Source: an uncultured Ignavibacteriales bacterium
Lineage (GTDB): Bacteria; Bacteroidota; Ignavibacteria; Ch128b
Direction: 5' to 3'
NCBI GenBank assembly: GCA_937138605.1
Contig: CAKZPH010000296.1
Location: 1 to 48,837 of the forward strand
DNA length: 48,837 bases
Shown here piece after piece: positions 1 to 9,220 of the stretch. The translations under genes and the position numbers were made by a program. The notes under the pieces were generated by a model, which searched no databases, was not told the DNA's origin, and worked only from the letters and a program-made list of their open reading frames with translations. Numbering within the stretch: the stretch's first letter is position 1; every line of letters starts with the position of its first letter.

Positions 1-1835
1 ATTGGATGGGAATATCTAATTTGTTCAAGTGATTGAATATCAGTTGAGTAACCTGTTTTCGTTTTTTTGGTTACCTCAAGTTTAAGTTTATTGAAAAGTA
101 TTTCTTGCAATTGTTTTGTTGAGTTTATGTTAAATTTTTCACCAGCTAATGAAAAAATTTGAGCTTCAATATTTTGAAGTTGTTTTTCAATATCAAGACT
201 TAACTCCTTGAGCGAGTTTATATCAATATAAACACCTCGCAATTCCATAAGTGAAAGTGTTTTTATCAACGGAAATTCAATTTCGTAACAAAGAGAAAGT
301 AGGTTATAATTCTCCAATTCCTTTTTAAGAACTTCATATAATCTGAACGTAATATCAGCATCTTCACATGAATAGATTTTAAGGTTATTAATATCAACGT
401 TCCACATCAATTCTGAATTTTTTTTGTTACCAATTAACTCAGTTATTTTAATAGTCTCGTAGTTAAGATACTTTTTTGCCAGATCGTCTAAACTTGTTGG
501 TCCATCAGGATTTAAAACATATGCAGAAACCATTGTATCGAAAAATGGTGGTTGAACATTTATTCCATAATTTGAAAGAACGTTAATATCATATTTCAAA
601 TTATGTCCTATCTTCAAAACGTTTTTACTTTCAAAGATATTCTTTAATTTCAATAAAACATTTTTTTCTGAATTGGCTAGTTCGTTATCATGATGATTTG
701 AAAAAGGTAAAAAGTATGCTTTATTTTTCTCAAGACAAAAAGAAATTCCGCAAAGATTAGCTTTAATTGAATCAAGATTATCTGTTTCGGTATCAAAAAC
801 CAAGTAACCTGATCGGTTTATCTTATCGCATAAAGTTTCAATTTTTTCTTCATTATCTAAAAGTAAATATTCAGTCCCTATAATTTCGAAAGTCTTTGGT
901 TGAGTTTTTTCAATAATTTCTTCATTAAAAAGAGATAGAGTTTCTTTCTTAAAGTTTATATCCAGCAGAGTTTCAATTCGTTTATTGAAACTTTTGATTT
1001 CTAACTCATTAAGCAAATTTTGAAGCTCTTCAATACTTGGTGTTTTTATTTTCAGTTTATTGAGATCAATAGTAATAGGAATTTGTTTATTAATCGTCAC
1101 GAGTTCCTTCGAAAGATAAGCTGATTCTTTTCCTTCAAGCAATTTCTTTTTTAAACTCTCTTTCTCAATATTGTCAAGATTTGTGTAAATGTTATCTAAA
1201 GACCCAAATTGTTTGATCAAATCTAAAGCTGTTTTTTCTCCAATTCCTTTAACACCAGGAATGTTATCACTTGTGTCTCCAGTTAAAGCAAGAAAGTCAA
1301 CAATTTGATTTGGAGTTAACTCATATTCTTCCAATACTTTCTTAGGATCAAAAATTTCTCCATCTTCAATAGATTTCTTCAAAGGTTTATAGACAAAGAC
1401 TTTGTCCGTCACTAATTGCAAATAATCCTTATCTGGAGTTACTAAATAAACATAAAAACTCTCTTCTTTAAACTTATCGGCTAATGTGCCAATGATGTCA
1501 TCTGCTTCATAACCGGGAGCAGTTATAATTTCAATACCCATCGCTCTGAGAATTCTTTTGATGTAATCTATTTGATAAATCATCTCCTCGGGCGTCTCCT
1601 GTCGAGTCGCTTTGTATTCTGGAAATTTGTGATGTCTAAATGTTTTCTCCTTAGTATCAAAAGCAACAGCAATATATTCTGGTCTTTCATTTTCAATAAT
1701 CTTTAACAATGAAGAAAGAAATCCATAAACCGCGCTAGTGTTTTGATTTTTACTATTTCGCAAAGGACGAGAAATAAATGCAAAATAAGCCTTGTAAATC
1801 ATTGACATTCCGTCAATTAAAACTATTTTTTTCAT
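1..1835 (-). CDS. polA: DNA polymerase I, N-terminal ~611 codons (5'-3' exonuclease, 3'-5' exo-like region, start of polymerase domain). The C-terminus lies beyond the left window edge.
   Basis: Not in the supplied ORF track because it runs off the edge. The reverse complement from ATG (1835-1833) reads MKKIVLIDGMSMIYKAYFAF. Around 1320-1200 it reads LTPNQIVDFLALTGDTSDNIPGVKGIGEKTALDLIKQFGS (5'-nuclease H3TH motif). Codons at 59-3 read KTGYSTDIQSLEQIRYSHP (Pol I polymerase-domain motif). The frame was spot-checked as open, not verified codon by codon. Confidence 0.85.
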   Translation of the reverse strand, partial: MKKIVLIDGMSMIYKAYFAFISRPLRNSKNQNTSAVYGFLSSLLKIIENERPEYIAVAFDTKEKTFRHHKFPEYKATRQETPEEMIYQIDYIKRILRAMGIEIITAPGYEADDIIGTLADKFKEESFYVYLVTPDKDYLQLVTDKVFVYKPLKKSIEDGEIFDPKKVLEEYELTPNQIVDFLALTGDTSDNIPGVKGIGEKTALDLIKQFGSLDNIYTNLDNIEKESLKKKLLEGKESAYLSKELVTINKQIPITIDLNKLKIKTPSIEELQNLLNELEIKSFNKRIETLLDINFKKETLSLFNEEIIEKTQPKTFEIIGTEYLLLDNEEKIETLCDKINRSGYLVFDTETDNLDSIKANLCGISFCLEKNKAYFLPFSNHHDNELANSEKNVLLKLKNIFESKNVLKIGHNLKYDINVLSNYGINVQPPFFDTMVSAYVLNPDGPTSLDDLAKKYLNYETIKITELIGNKKNSELMWNVDINNLKIYSCEDADITFRLYEVLKKELENYNLLSLCYEIEFPLIKTLSLMELRGVYIDINSLKELSLDIEKQLQNIEAQIFSLAGEKFNINSTKQLQEILFNKLKLEVTKKTKTGYSTDIQSLEQIRYSHP

Positions 1836-1838
1836 TTA

Positions 1839-3254
1839 TTACCTAATTTTTTTTGATAAGAATTTCCAATAAATGTAAAAAGGTAAACCAAGAGAAATTA
1901 ATATTAATCCCATCATAGCATTGCTAGTATCTGAATAGAGGGTGTTACCGACAAATAAAATTGCAAATAATACAAAAACAGCAGGTAGTACTGGATAACC
2001 AATTACTTTATAAGGACGATGTGCATCAGGCATTTTGTGACGGAGCACAAAAACACCAAATGCTCCCATTCCATAAAAAAGCCATGCTGCGAAAATTACG
2101 TAATCTGAAATTGTATCAAATGTTCCTGTCAATGTTAATATACTTGACCAGATGCCTTGAACTATTAAAGAGACACCAGGAGTTGAAAATTTTTTATGGG
2201 GTTTTCCAAGAGATTTAAAGAACATTCCATCACGCGCCATAGCAAAATGAACACGCGCCGTAGAAAGAACACTACCATTCACTGCACCGAATGTTGATAT
2301 AATTATTGCAATTGATATTATGGAACCACCAATTGGTCCAAAAATAGTCTCAGCCATTGTCGCTCCAACAAGTGGCGACCTTGCGATTTTATCTATTGGT
2401 AAAACATACATGTAAGCCACATTAACTATTAAATATACAGCCATAACTATTAACGTTCCTGAAGCCAATGCTTTTGGAACATTACGTTTAGGGTTTTTCA
2501 CTTCCCCAGCAACAAATGTAACGTTATTCCAGCCATCATATGCCCAGAAGGCACCTGCCAATGCAAGCCCAAACATTGTCAGCATATTAAATTCGTTATG
2601 ATTTGGAATTGAATCAATTGTAAGATTCGATACCTTTCCATCACCAAAAACGAAAGCAACAAAAGCAAGAGCTAGAATGGAAGCAATTTTGATAAAAGTA
2701 ATAAATGTCTGAACTCCACCACCCAAAATAACTCCTACGTAATTTATACCAGTGATAAAAAGTAAACACGAAATCGCAACGGCTTTCGTTCCAAAATCTT
2801 GAAGTGGATAAATATTACCAACAAGTGGTATGTAGATGGAAAATTTTTGTACTTCTTCAGAGAGTTGGGGATACTTAACAAAATAACCAAGATATTCCGA
2901 AAAAACTACAGCAATTGATGCTTGACTACCTGTTTGAATTACTGCGAGCAATGACCATCCATAAATAAATGCAATGAAATCTCCGTACATTGCTTTAAAG
3001 TATTTATATTGTCCTCCTGTTGCATCAATCATTCCTGCAATTTCTGCATTAGTTAATGCACCAATCATCGTAAAAATACCAGCAACAAACCAGGCTAAAA
3101 GCACAAGTTCTGGTGACATAAGTTGTTCTGCCATAATGGAAGGTTTTCGAAATATACCAGAGCCAATCATCGAACCAGCAACAAGCATAGTTGCTGCCGT
3201 TACAGATAAACCTCTGACTAATCCATCTGAGGTTTTCTCAAGTGGTTGTTTCAT
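1839..3254 (-). CDS. APC-superfamily amino acid permease
   Basis: Polytopic hydrophobic protein with an N-terminal GSGIF-type motif (MIGSGIFRKP) typical of APC permeases. I moved the start to ATG 3254 (MKQPLEK), which follows a GAGGTG Shine-Dalgarno-like sequence. The track start at 3299 is a TTG. Confidence 0.75.
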   Translation of the reverse strand: MKQPLEKTSDGLVRGLSVTAATMLVAGSMIGSGIFRKPSIMAEQLMSPELVLLAWFVAGIFTMIGALTNAEIAGMIDATGGQYKYFKAMYGDFIAFIYGWSLLAVIQTGSQASIAVVFSEYLGYFVKYPQLSEEVQKFSIYIPLVGNIYPLQDFGTKAVAISCLLFITGINYVGVILGGGVQTFITFIKIASILALAFVAFVFGDGKVSNLTIDSIPNHNEFNMLTMFGLALAGAFWAYDGWNNVTFVAGEVKNPKRNVPKALASGTLIVMAVYLIVNVAYMYVLPIDKIARSPLVGATMAETIFGPIGGSIISIAIIISTFGAVNGSVLSTARVHFAMARDGMFFKSLGKPHKKFSTPGVSLIVQGIWSSILTLTGTFDTISDYVIFAAWLFYGMGAFGVFVLRHKMPDAHRPYKVIGYPVLPAVFVLFAILFVGNTLYSDTSNAMMGLILISLGLPFYIYWKFLSKKIR

Positions 3255-3343
3255 TTTCACCTCGAATGATTGTATGAAATTATAAAATCTAATTTGCAAA
3301 TCAAAAACAAAATATTGAGAATCAATTCTTTATTTTTGTGTTA

Positions 3344-4459
3344 ATGAGACCAACATTTGCAGAAATAAATCTTTCCAATCTTATATTGAATTATGAAAAC
3401 ATTGCTAGACATATAGGTAAATCAATTAATATAATGCCTGTCGTTAAAGCAGATGCCTATGGCCACGGGATGATTAATTGTGTTGAAGCGTTACTTAAAG
3501 CTAAACCAAAACCACATTTTTTCGCTGTAGCATTGTTAGAAGAGGCTTTTGAGTTTAGAAAAAAATTCAAGTCAGAAAGAATTTTAGTTTTCGGCAAAAT
3601 AAACGAGCCCTATTTCAAAAAGATAATTGAGTATAATATAACACCAACTTTTTACGAATTGGATTTGATAGAAAAATATAATCGTATATGTAAGGAATTT
3701 AATACAAAAGGAAAATTTCATCTAAAAATAGATACAGGCATGGGAAGAGTAGGGATTGACATCAAGTATCTTGATGATTTTGTTCAACTGATCAGGCGAT
3801 GTAGACACGTGAATTTAGAAGGTGTTTACACTCACTTTGCCAATTCAGATTCTAAAGATAAATCTTTTTCTTATGAACAACTTAAAAAATTTAATTATGC
3901 CATAGGTTTAATAAAACAGGAAATAAAAAATGTCAGATACTTTCATTGTGCAAACAGTGGAGCAATTATAGATATTCCTGAATCGTATTTTAATTTTGTA
4001 AGACCTGGAATATCACTTTATGGATATTATCCATCGGATGAAACTAGTAGAAGCATTCCATTAAAACCTGTTATGTCAATAAAAACAAAATTGATTTATT
4101 TAAAGTGGGTTGAAAAAGGTACGAGTATCAGCTATGGAAGAACATATATTACGGAAAGAAGAACTCAAATTGGTACTCTTCCTTTAGGATATGCTGATGG
4201 TTATAATCGATTATTATCAAATAAGGGCAAAGTAATTTTTAACAATAAATTATTTAATGTAGTAGGAAGAGTAACTATGGATCAAATTATGGTTAATTTT
4301 GAGGATGAGAATGTAACTTACGATGATGAGATAATAGTGTTAGGTTCATCAGAAAATGTTAAATTTGACGCAAGTGATATTTCAAAAGTAATTAATACAA
4401 TTCCTTATGAAGTTTGCACTTCAATTTCAAAAAGAGTAAAAAGAAAATACGTTTATTAA
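3344..4459 (+). CDS. alr: Alanine racemase
   Basis: PLP-lysine motif VVKADAYGHG near the N-terminus, with family-typical length and C-terminal beta domain. The track start is GTG 3338; the first ATG is at 3344. Confidence 0.9.
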   Translation: MRPTFAEINLSNLILNYENIARHIGKSINIMPVVKADAYGHGMINCVEALLKAKPKPHFFAVALLEEAFEFRKKFKSERILVFGKINEPYFKKIIEYNITPTFYELDLIEKYNRICKEFNTKGKFHLKIDTGMGRVGIDIKYLDDFVQLIRRCRHVNLEGVYTHFANSDSKDKSFSYEQLKKFNYAIGLIKQEIKNVRYFHCANSGAIIDIPESYFNFVRPGISLYGYYPSDETSRSIPLKPVMSIKTKLIYLKWVEKGTSISYGRTYITERRTQIGTLPLGYADGYNRLLSNKGKVIFNNKLFNVVGRVTMDQIMVNFEDENVTYDDEIIVLGSSENVKFDASDISKVINTIPYEVCTSISKRVKRKYVY

Positions 4460-4460
4460 T

Positions 4461-5801
4461 TTGGATTTCACAAAATATTACATAATACATCTCCTTAAAA
4501 AAGCAGTCTCCAAGATTCGTATTACTGATAAGTCAAGAGAATCCATAATTCAAGATGTAATTATTCGACTCGAGAGGGGCGCAGACTTATTTCCAGATTT
4601 GAAGTTGATGGAAAGAGTTGATGAGCTTGAAGAAATTGCTAGGAAACTTGTTTCTATTTATCGTAGATTAAATAAAGGTGATATTGATTTAGAAAGAATT
4701 AGCAATCAATTCTCTAGTGATCTTGACGCAATCCAATCAATATTGTATCGTTTTGCTAAAGGCATAGGTTTAAGTTCAACTTCTAAAAGACCCAGACCTA
4801 AAATAGTATTCGACGATACAACTTTTACATTTTATGAAATTAATGACACTTCATCTCAGCAAGGGGGAGAATTAGTTCCGCCGCACGAAAAATTAAATTT
4901 AGATGAATTCTTGTCTACAAGCAAACAAATCGTAGAACAAACCACAGTTGAGTCATCAATTGATGAACAAAACAAAACATCGATAAATTTAGACGAATCG
5001 GGGGAGATAGTACAACAAGAAAAAATTGAATCAAATAACCAATTAATCGAACAGAAAACTACAATTACAACTAAAATTGATGAGAAAAAGCCGGAAGATG
5101 ATTTACTTTTAAGTTTTAATTTCGGAAACGAACAGAAAGAACCCAATGCAATTTCAGCTTTTGAATTTATAAAAGAGGACGTAGATAAAATTAAAACTGA
5201 AGAGAACGAGTTAAAAAAGGTAAATGAGCTAGAAGACCAAAGTAAGGAATCGATTGAGCAAAAAATTCTTCAAGAAGAACAAAGTCGTGAAGAGGAGCAT
5301 TTATCACCTTCATCTAATGAAATTTTGGAAGATGTTACTACTGATAAAGTCCAAACATCTGAAACAGATATAATTTCATCAGATTTAGTTGGAGTCAGTT
5401 TAAAAAATTTTCTCAAAACACCCGAAGACGAATATTTAGAATTTGAAACTAAATTATTAAATAATGTAATTGAGGTTGATTCATTTTTAAATTCTATATT
5501 AACAGGGAAATTTGACGAACACTGGTTATTCAAAATAATTACCAGCGCTTATGAATCTTTTTTACATGCGGGAAAACTAGGTCATGAAGTAGTAACACAA
5601 CTAATAAGATTATATTGGTCAGCACTCCTGGCAATTAGAGATGGTAAGCTAGTCATCAATAAATATCAAATTGAGGAAATTCAGAGTGTTTTGATAATAA
5701 TCGTTTCTTTAATTAAAAATAAGGAAATTGATTTAGAACCATTTTGGGATAGGCTCAAAAACTTAAAAGAAAAACTAAAAAATCTATCATATGAGGTTTA
5801 A
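4461..5801 (+). CDS. Hypothetical protein with helical N- and C-terminal regions and a long acidic, low-complexity, probably disordered centre
   Basis: 446-aa ORF starting at a TTG 1 nt after the alr stop and ending 1 nt before manC. The centre (~aa 130-310) is rich in E/D/Q/K/S/T. I recognise no catalytic or family motif. Confidence 0.6.
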   Translation: MDFTKYYIIHLLKKAVSKIRITDKSRESIIQDVIIRLERGADLFPDLKLMERVDELEEIARKLVSIYRRLNKGDIDLERISNQFSSDLDAIQSILYRFAKGIGLSSTSKRPRPKIVFDDTTFTFYEINDTSSQQGGELVPPHEKLNLDEFLSTSKQIVEQTTVESSIDEQNKTSINLDESGEIVQQEKIESNNQLIEQKTTITTKIDEKKPEDDLLLSFNFGNEQKEPNAISAFEFIKEDVDKIKTEENELKKVNELEDQSKESIEQKILQEEQSREEEHLSPSSNEILEDVTTDKVQTSETDIISSDLVGVSLKNFLKTPEDEYLEFETKLLNNVIEVDSFLNSILTGKFDEHWLFKIITSAYESFLHAGKLGHEVVTQLIRLYWSALLAIRDGKLVINKYQIEEIQSVLIIIVSLIKNKEIDLEPFWDRLKNLKEKLKNLSYEV

Positions 5802-5802
5802 T

Positions 5803-6870
5803 ATGAAAACTTACGCAGTAATAATGGCTGGTGGTGTTGGTTCAAGATTTTGGCCAAGAAGTAGAGAAAAAACGCCTAAACAACTATTAAAGATTTTTGG
5901 TGAACACACGATGATTCAAGACACAGTATTGCGCATTTCAAAACTCATTTCACCTGAAAATATTTTTATTGTGACGAATAAAGTTCAAAAAGAAGAGATA
6001 AAAAAACAATTAACTAACGTTCCAGCCCAAAATATTATCGTTGAACCTTTCGGTAAAAATACTGCAGCGTGTATTGGATTAGCTTCTATTATAATTCATA
6101 ATTTTCAACCACAAGCAGTATCAGTAGTTCTACCAGCTGACCATATTATTCGCGATGAAGATGCATTTATTAAAACAATTTCAAAAGCAATTGACTTTGC
6201 ATATAAATCAAAAGGACTTATAACTATTGGTATTCAACCAACGAGACCTGAGACAGGTTACGGATACATACAAAGGAAAGAAGAAGAAATAGAAGAAAAT
6301 ATCTTCAAAGTAAAAACATTTGCTGAGAAACCAAGCTATCAAACAGCTGAGAAATTTCTTGCTAGTGGTGATTTCGTTTGGAATTCAGGTATATTTATCT
6401 GGCGGGTTGATGTTATTCTTGAAGAAATTAAAAAGTATATGCCAGACCTTTACGAAGGTCTAGAGAAATTGCAAAAAAGTTTACTAAAAGACGATTTTCA
6501 TAAACAACTAGAACTTGTCTATGGAATGTTGCGAAGTATTTCCATTGATTATGGCGTTATGGAAAAATCAGATCGTGTTTATGTTATTCGAAGCACATTT
6601 GGATGGAGTGATGTTGGAAGTTGGGAAGAAGTTTATCAATTGAGTCATAAAGATGAAAACGGGAATAGTGTTAATGGTTTATGTTTCCTTGACGGTGTAA
6701 AAAATTCTTACATTCATTCCGAAGGTAAATTGACTGCTATTCTTGGGCTCGAAAATATTATTGTAATAAACACCGACGATGCTCTCTTAATTGCCAGTAG
6801 AACTCACTCACAAGATGTCAAGAAAATAGTTGATTATCTAAAATTGAAAAAGATGAATGATTATCTATGA
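5803..6870 (+). CDS. manC: Mannose-1-phosphate guanylyltransferase (nucleotidyltransferase only, no C-terminal PMI/cupin domain)
   Basis: N-terminal AVIMAGGVGSRFWPRSREKTPKQLL signature of sugar-1-P nucleotidyltransferases of the ManC type. ATG 5803 lies 6 nt after GAGG; the track start at 5791 is less likely. Confidence 0.8.
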   Translation: MKTYAVIMAGGVGSRFWPRSREKTPKQLLKIFGEHTMIQDTVLRISKLISPENIFIVTNKVQKEEIKKQLTNVPAQNIIVEPFGKNTAACIGLASIIIHNFQPQAVSVVLPADHIIRDEDAFIKTISKAIDFAYKSKGLITIGIQPTRPETGYGYIQRKEEEIEENIFKVKTFAEKPSYQTAEKFLASGDFVWNSGIFIWRVDVILEEIKKYMPDLYEGLEKLQKSLLKDDFHKQLELVYGMLRSISIDYGVMEKSDRVYVIRSTFGWSDVGSWEEVYQLSHKDENGNSVNGLCFLDGVKNSYIHSEGKLTAILGLENIIVINTDDALLIASRTHSQDVKKIVDYLKLKKMNDYL

Positions 6871-7496
6871 AAAAACTTTTAACTGAAGTAGACATACAAA
6901 AAATTATCCGTCAGGGTTTAAAAGAAATTTTAATTGACGACAATACCATACTTACTCCTTCAGCAAAAGATTTAATCATAAGATATAAGCTTGAAATAAA
7001 GAAATTTTCTCATGCCACAATTCCATCTCAAACCATTAATTCTAATACTATTCGAACGATAGCCGTTGGTTCAGATCATACTGGTTTCAGAGTAAAAAGT
7101 GAAATAATTTCTTTTCTAAAATCAAAAGGATTGGATGTTATTGATTTAGGAACTAATTCAGAGCAATCAAGTGACTATCCCGATTTTGCTTATGCTGTTG
7201 CATCTACTGTAAAGTCTGGTTTAGCGCAAAGAGGAATAGTTATAGACGCCACTGGAAATCCATCTGCTATTGTTGCAAACAAAATTAAGGGAATTCGAGC
7301 TGCTGTCGGATACAATGAATACGCAATTAAAAGTTCACGTGAACATAATGATTCTAATGTTTTAACTTTAGGCGCCAGAATTTTTGATGTGGAAATTATC
7401 AAATATTTTATTACTATATGGCTTAATACAACATTTGAAGGCGGGAGACATCAGAACAGATTAGATAAAATTTCTAATATCGAAAAAATGAACTAA
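6867..7496 (+). CDS. rpiB: RpiB/LacA/LacB-family sugar-phosphate isomerase with an extra ~60-aa N-terminal module and an atypical active-site segment
   Basis: The core reads IAVGSDHTGF...GIVIDATGNPSAIVANK...REHNDSNVLTLGAR...EGGRHQNRLDKI and aligns, from memory, to E. coli RpiB GCDHVGF...GILICGTGVGISIAANK...RQHNDTNVL...EGGRHQQR. There is an ATGA overlap with the manC stop. Confidence 0.75.
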   Translation: MKKLLTEVDIQKIIRQGLKEILIDDNTILTPSAKDLIIRYKLEIKKFSHATIPSQTINSNTIRTIAVGSDHTGFRVKSEIISFLKSKGLDVIDLGTNSEQSSDYPDFAYAVASTVKSGLAQRGIVIDATGNPSAIVANKIKGIRAAVGYNEYAIKSSREHNDSNVLTLGARIFDVEIIKYFITIWLNTTFEGGRHQNRLDKISNIEKMN

Positions 7497-7538
7497 TAAA
7501 AATTTTGACGTGTTAGTCCACCAAAAATCATCAAAATT

Positions 7539-8303
7539 ATGATTCACCAGACTATAGCCGAAGTCATAGATAATACAAGGCTAACTGATAGTATTTACCT
7601 TGTCACTTTCCGCTCGAAAGAATTAACTCAAGAAGCTAAACCTGGTCAGTTTGTAAACATTAGAATTTCAGAAGGATGCTATCCATACTTGCGTCGTCCC
7701 TTCTCTTATTGTGACGTAGTAGGAGATGAATTTAAAGTATTGTTTTCTATTTATGGAATAGGAACAAAAGTTATTTCTCAATCTAGTATTGGAGCTAAAT
7801 TTGATATAATTGGTCCATTGGGAAATGGTTTTAACATTGATAGTGAATTTAACACCGCAATACTTGTGGCAGGCGGACTTGGTGTAGCACCTTTTGCTTT
7901 TCTTAAAAGAGCTTTACCTAAAAACGTTAAAGTGGTCTCATACATTGGCGCAAGGACAAAAGAATTGATTGCAACTTATGGACTTGATAATGTAGTTATT
8001 GCAACAGATGATGGCTCATTAGGTGAAAAAGGTACAGTAATAGATTTACTTAAAGAAGATTTGATGAATGGTAAATTTGAAGGTAAATTCAAAATATTCG
8101 GTTGCGGACCAACACCAATGTTGAAAGCATTAAAGGTATTGTGTGAAGAGTTTAATCTTAATTGTGAAGTATCGACTGAATCGGCAATGGCCTGTGGATT
8201 TGGAATTTGTCAAGGATGCCCAATAGAATTAGCTGATTCTTCAGGCTATAGGTTAATATGTAAAGATGGCCCTGTATTTAACATTGAAGAAATAAAGTTA
8301 TGA
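7539..8303 (+). CDS. pyrK: Dihydroorotate dehydrogenase (class 1B) electron-transfer subunit
   Basis: FAD/NAD-binding ferredoxin-reductase-like fold with a C-terminal 2Fe-2S cysteine cluster (ACGFGICQGC...C). It overlaps pyrD by 4 nt. Confidence 0.85.
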   Translation: MIHQTIAEVIDNTRLTDSIYLVTFRSKELTQEAKPGQFVNIRISEGCYPYLRRPFSYCDVVGDEFKVLFSIYGIGTKVISQSSIGAKFDIIGPLGNGFNIDSEFNTAILVAGGLGVAPFAFLKRALPKNVKVVSYIGARTKELIATYGLDNVVIATDDGSLGEKGTVIDLLKEDLMNGKFEGKFKIFGCGPTPMLKALKVLCEEFNLNCEVSTESAMACGFGICQGCPIELADSSGYRLICKDGPVFNIEEIKL

Positions 8304-9220
8304 GTGATATAAGTTTAGAAGTAAAAATAGGTTCACTTGAGTTAAAGAATCCTATTCTCACTGCAAGTGGAACTTTTGGATATGGTTTGGAATCGCGAGA
8401 TTTTTTTGATGTAAGTCAACTAGGTGGAATTATAACAAAATCACTCTCACTCAAACCAAGAAAGGGCAATCCACCACAAAGAATTGTTGAAACACCATCT
8501 GGAATGTTAAATGCTATAGGCCTTGCAAATATTGGAGTAGAGAATTTTATTAAAGAAAAGCTTCCTGAACTAATCAAGTTGAACACAAAAATTATTGTCA
8601 ATATTGCAGCAAGCACTATTGAAGAGTATGTAGAATGTGTAGAAATTTTAGATAAGGAAAAGATAGATGCGTTTGAAATAAATGTCTCATGTCCAAATGT
8701 GAAAGAAGGAGGTTTAGAATTTGGAAGAGATGTGAGGAAAGTTGGTGAAATTACTTCTAAAGTTGTTGCAAAAACTTCAAAACCAGTTATAATAAAACTA
8801 ACACCAAATGTCACCAGTATAAGTGATTTTGCTCGTATATCGAAAGAGGAAGGGGCAACTGCTGTTTCAGCCGTCAACACTTTTGTTGGGATGTCAATTG
8901 ATATTTTTACTCGACGACCAAAACTTAGTCATAACACTGGTGGTTTATCGGGTCCAGCCATTAGACCATTAGCACTTGCAAAAGTTTTCGAAGTTGTTCA
9001 AAATGTAGATATTCCCGTGATTGGAATTGGTGGAATAATTAGCCCCGAAGATGCACTTGAATTTTTAATAGTTGGAGCTAAAGCGGTTCAAATTGGTACT
9101 CACAATTTTGTAGACCCAAAAGGGCCAATTAAAATAATTGAGGGATTAAAAAGTTATTTGAAAAAGATGAATTACAATAATATAAATGATTTAATAGGTA
9201 CCTTAGAATTAAACAAATGA
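8300..9220 (+). CDS. pyrD: Dihydroorotate dehydrogenase (class 1B) catalytic subunit
   Basis: TIM-barrel DHOD motifs (LKNPILTASGTFGYG, NVSCPNV with the catalytic Cys, GGLSGPAIRP, GIGGI). It is paired with pyrK. Confidence 0.9.
   Translation: MSDISLEVKIGSLELKNPILTASGTFGYGLESRDFFDVSQLGGIITKSLSLKPRKGNPPQRIVETPSGMLNAIGLANIGVENFIKEKLPELIKLNTKIIVNIAASTIEEYVECVEILDKEKIDAFEINVSCPNVKEGGLEFGRDVRKVGEITSKVVAKTSKPVIIKLTPNVTSISDFARISKEEGATAVSAVNTFVGMSIDIFTRRPKLSHNTGGLSGPAIRPLALAKVFEVVQNVDIPVIGIGGIISPEDALEFLIVGAKAVQIGTHNFVDPKGPIKIIEGLKSYLKKMNYNNINDLIGTLELNK

Noticed and set aside
6867-7060. Idea that the N-terminal module of the RpiB-like protein is a bacterial-microcompartment encapsulation peptide
   Set aside because: No shell-protein genes (BMC-H/P/T) or other microcompartment enzymes occur anywhere in the window. 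The resemblance is to a loosely remembered motif only.
8416-8880. 154-aa minus-strand ORF
   Set aside because: It is antisense to pyrD, whose identity is unambiguous. It is a typical shadow ORF.
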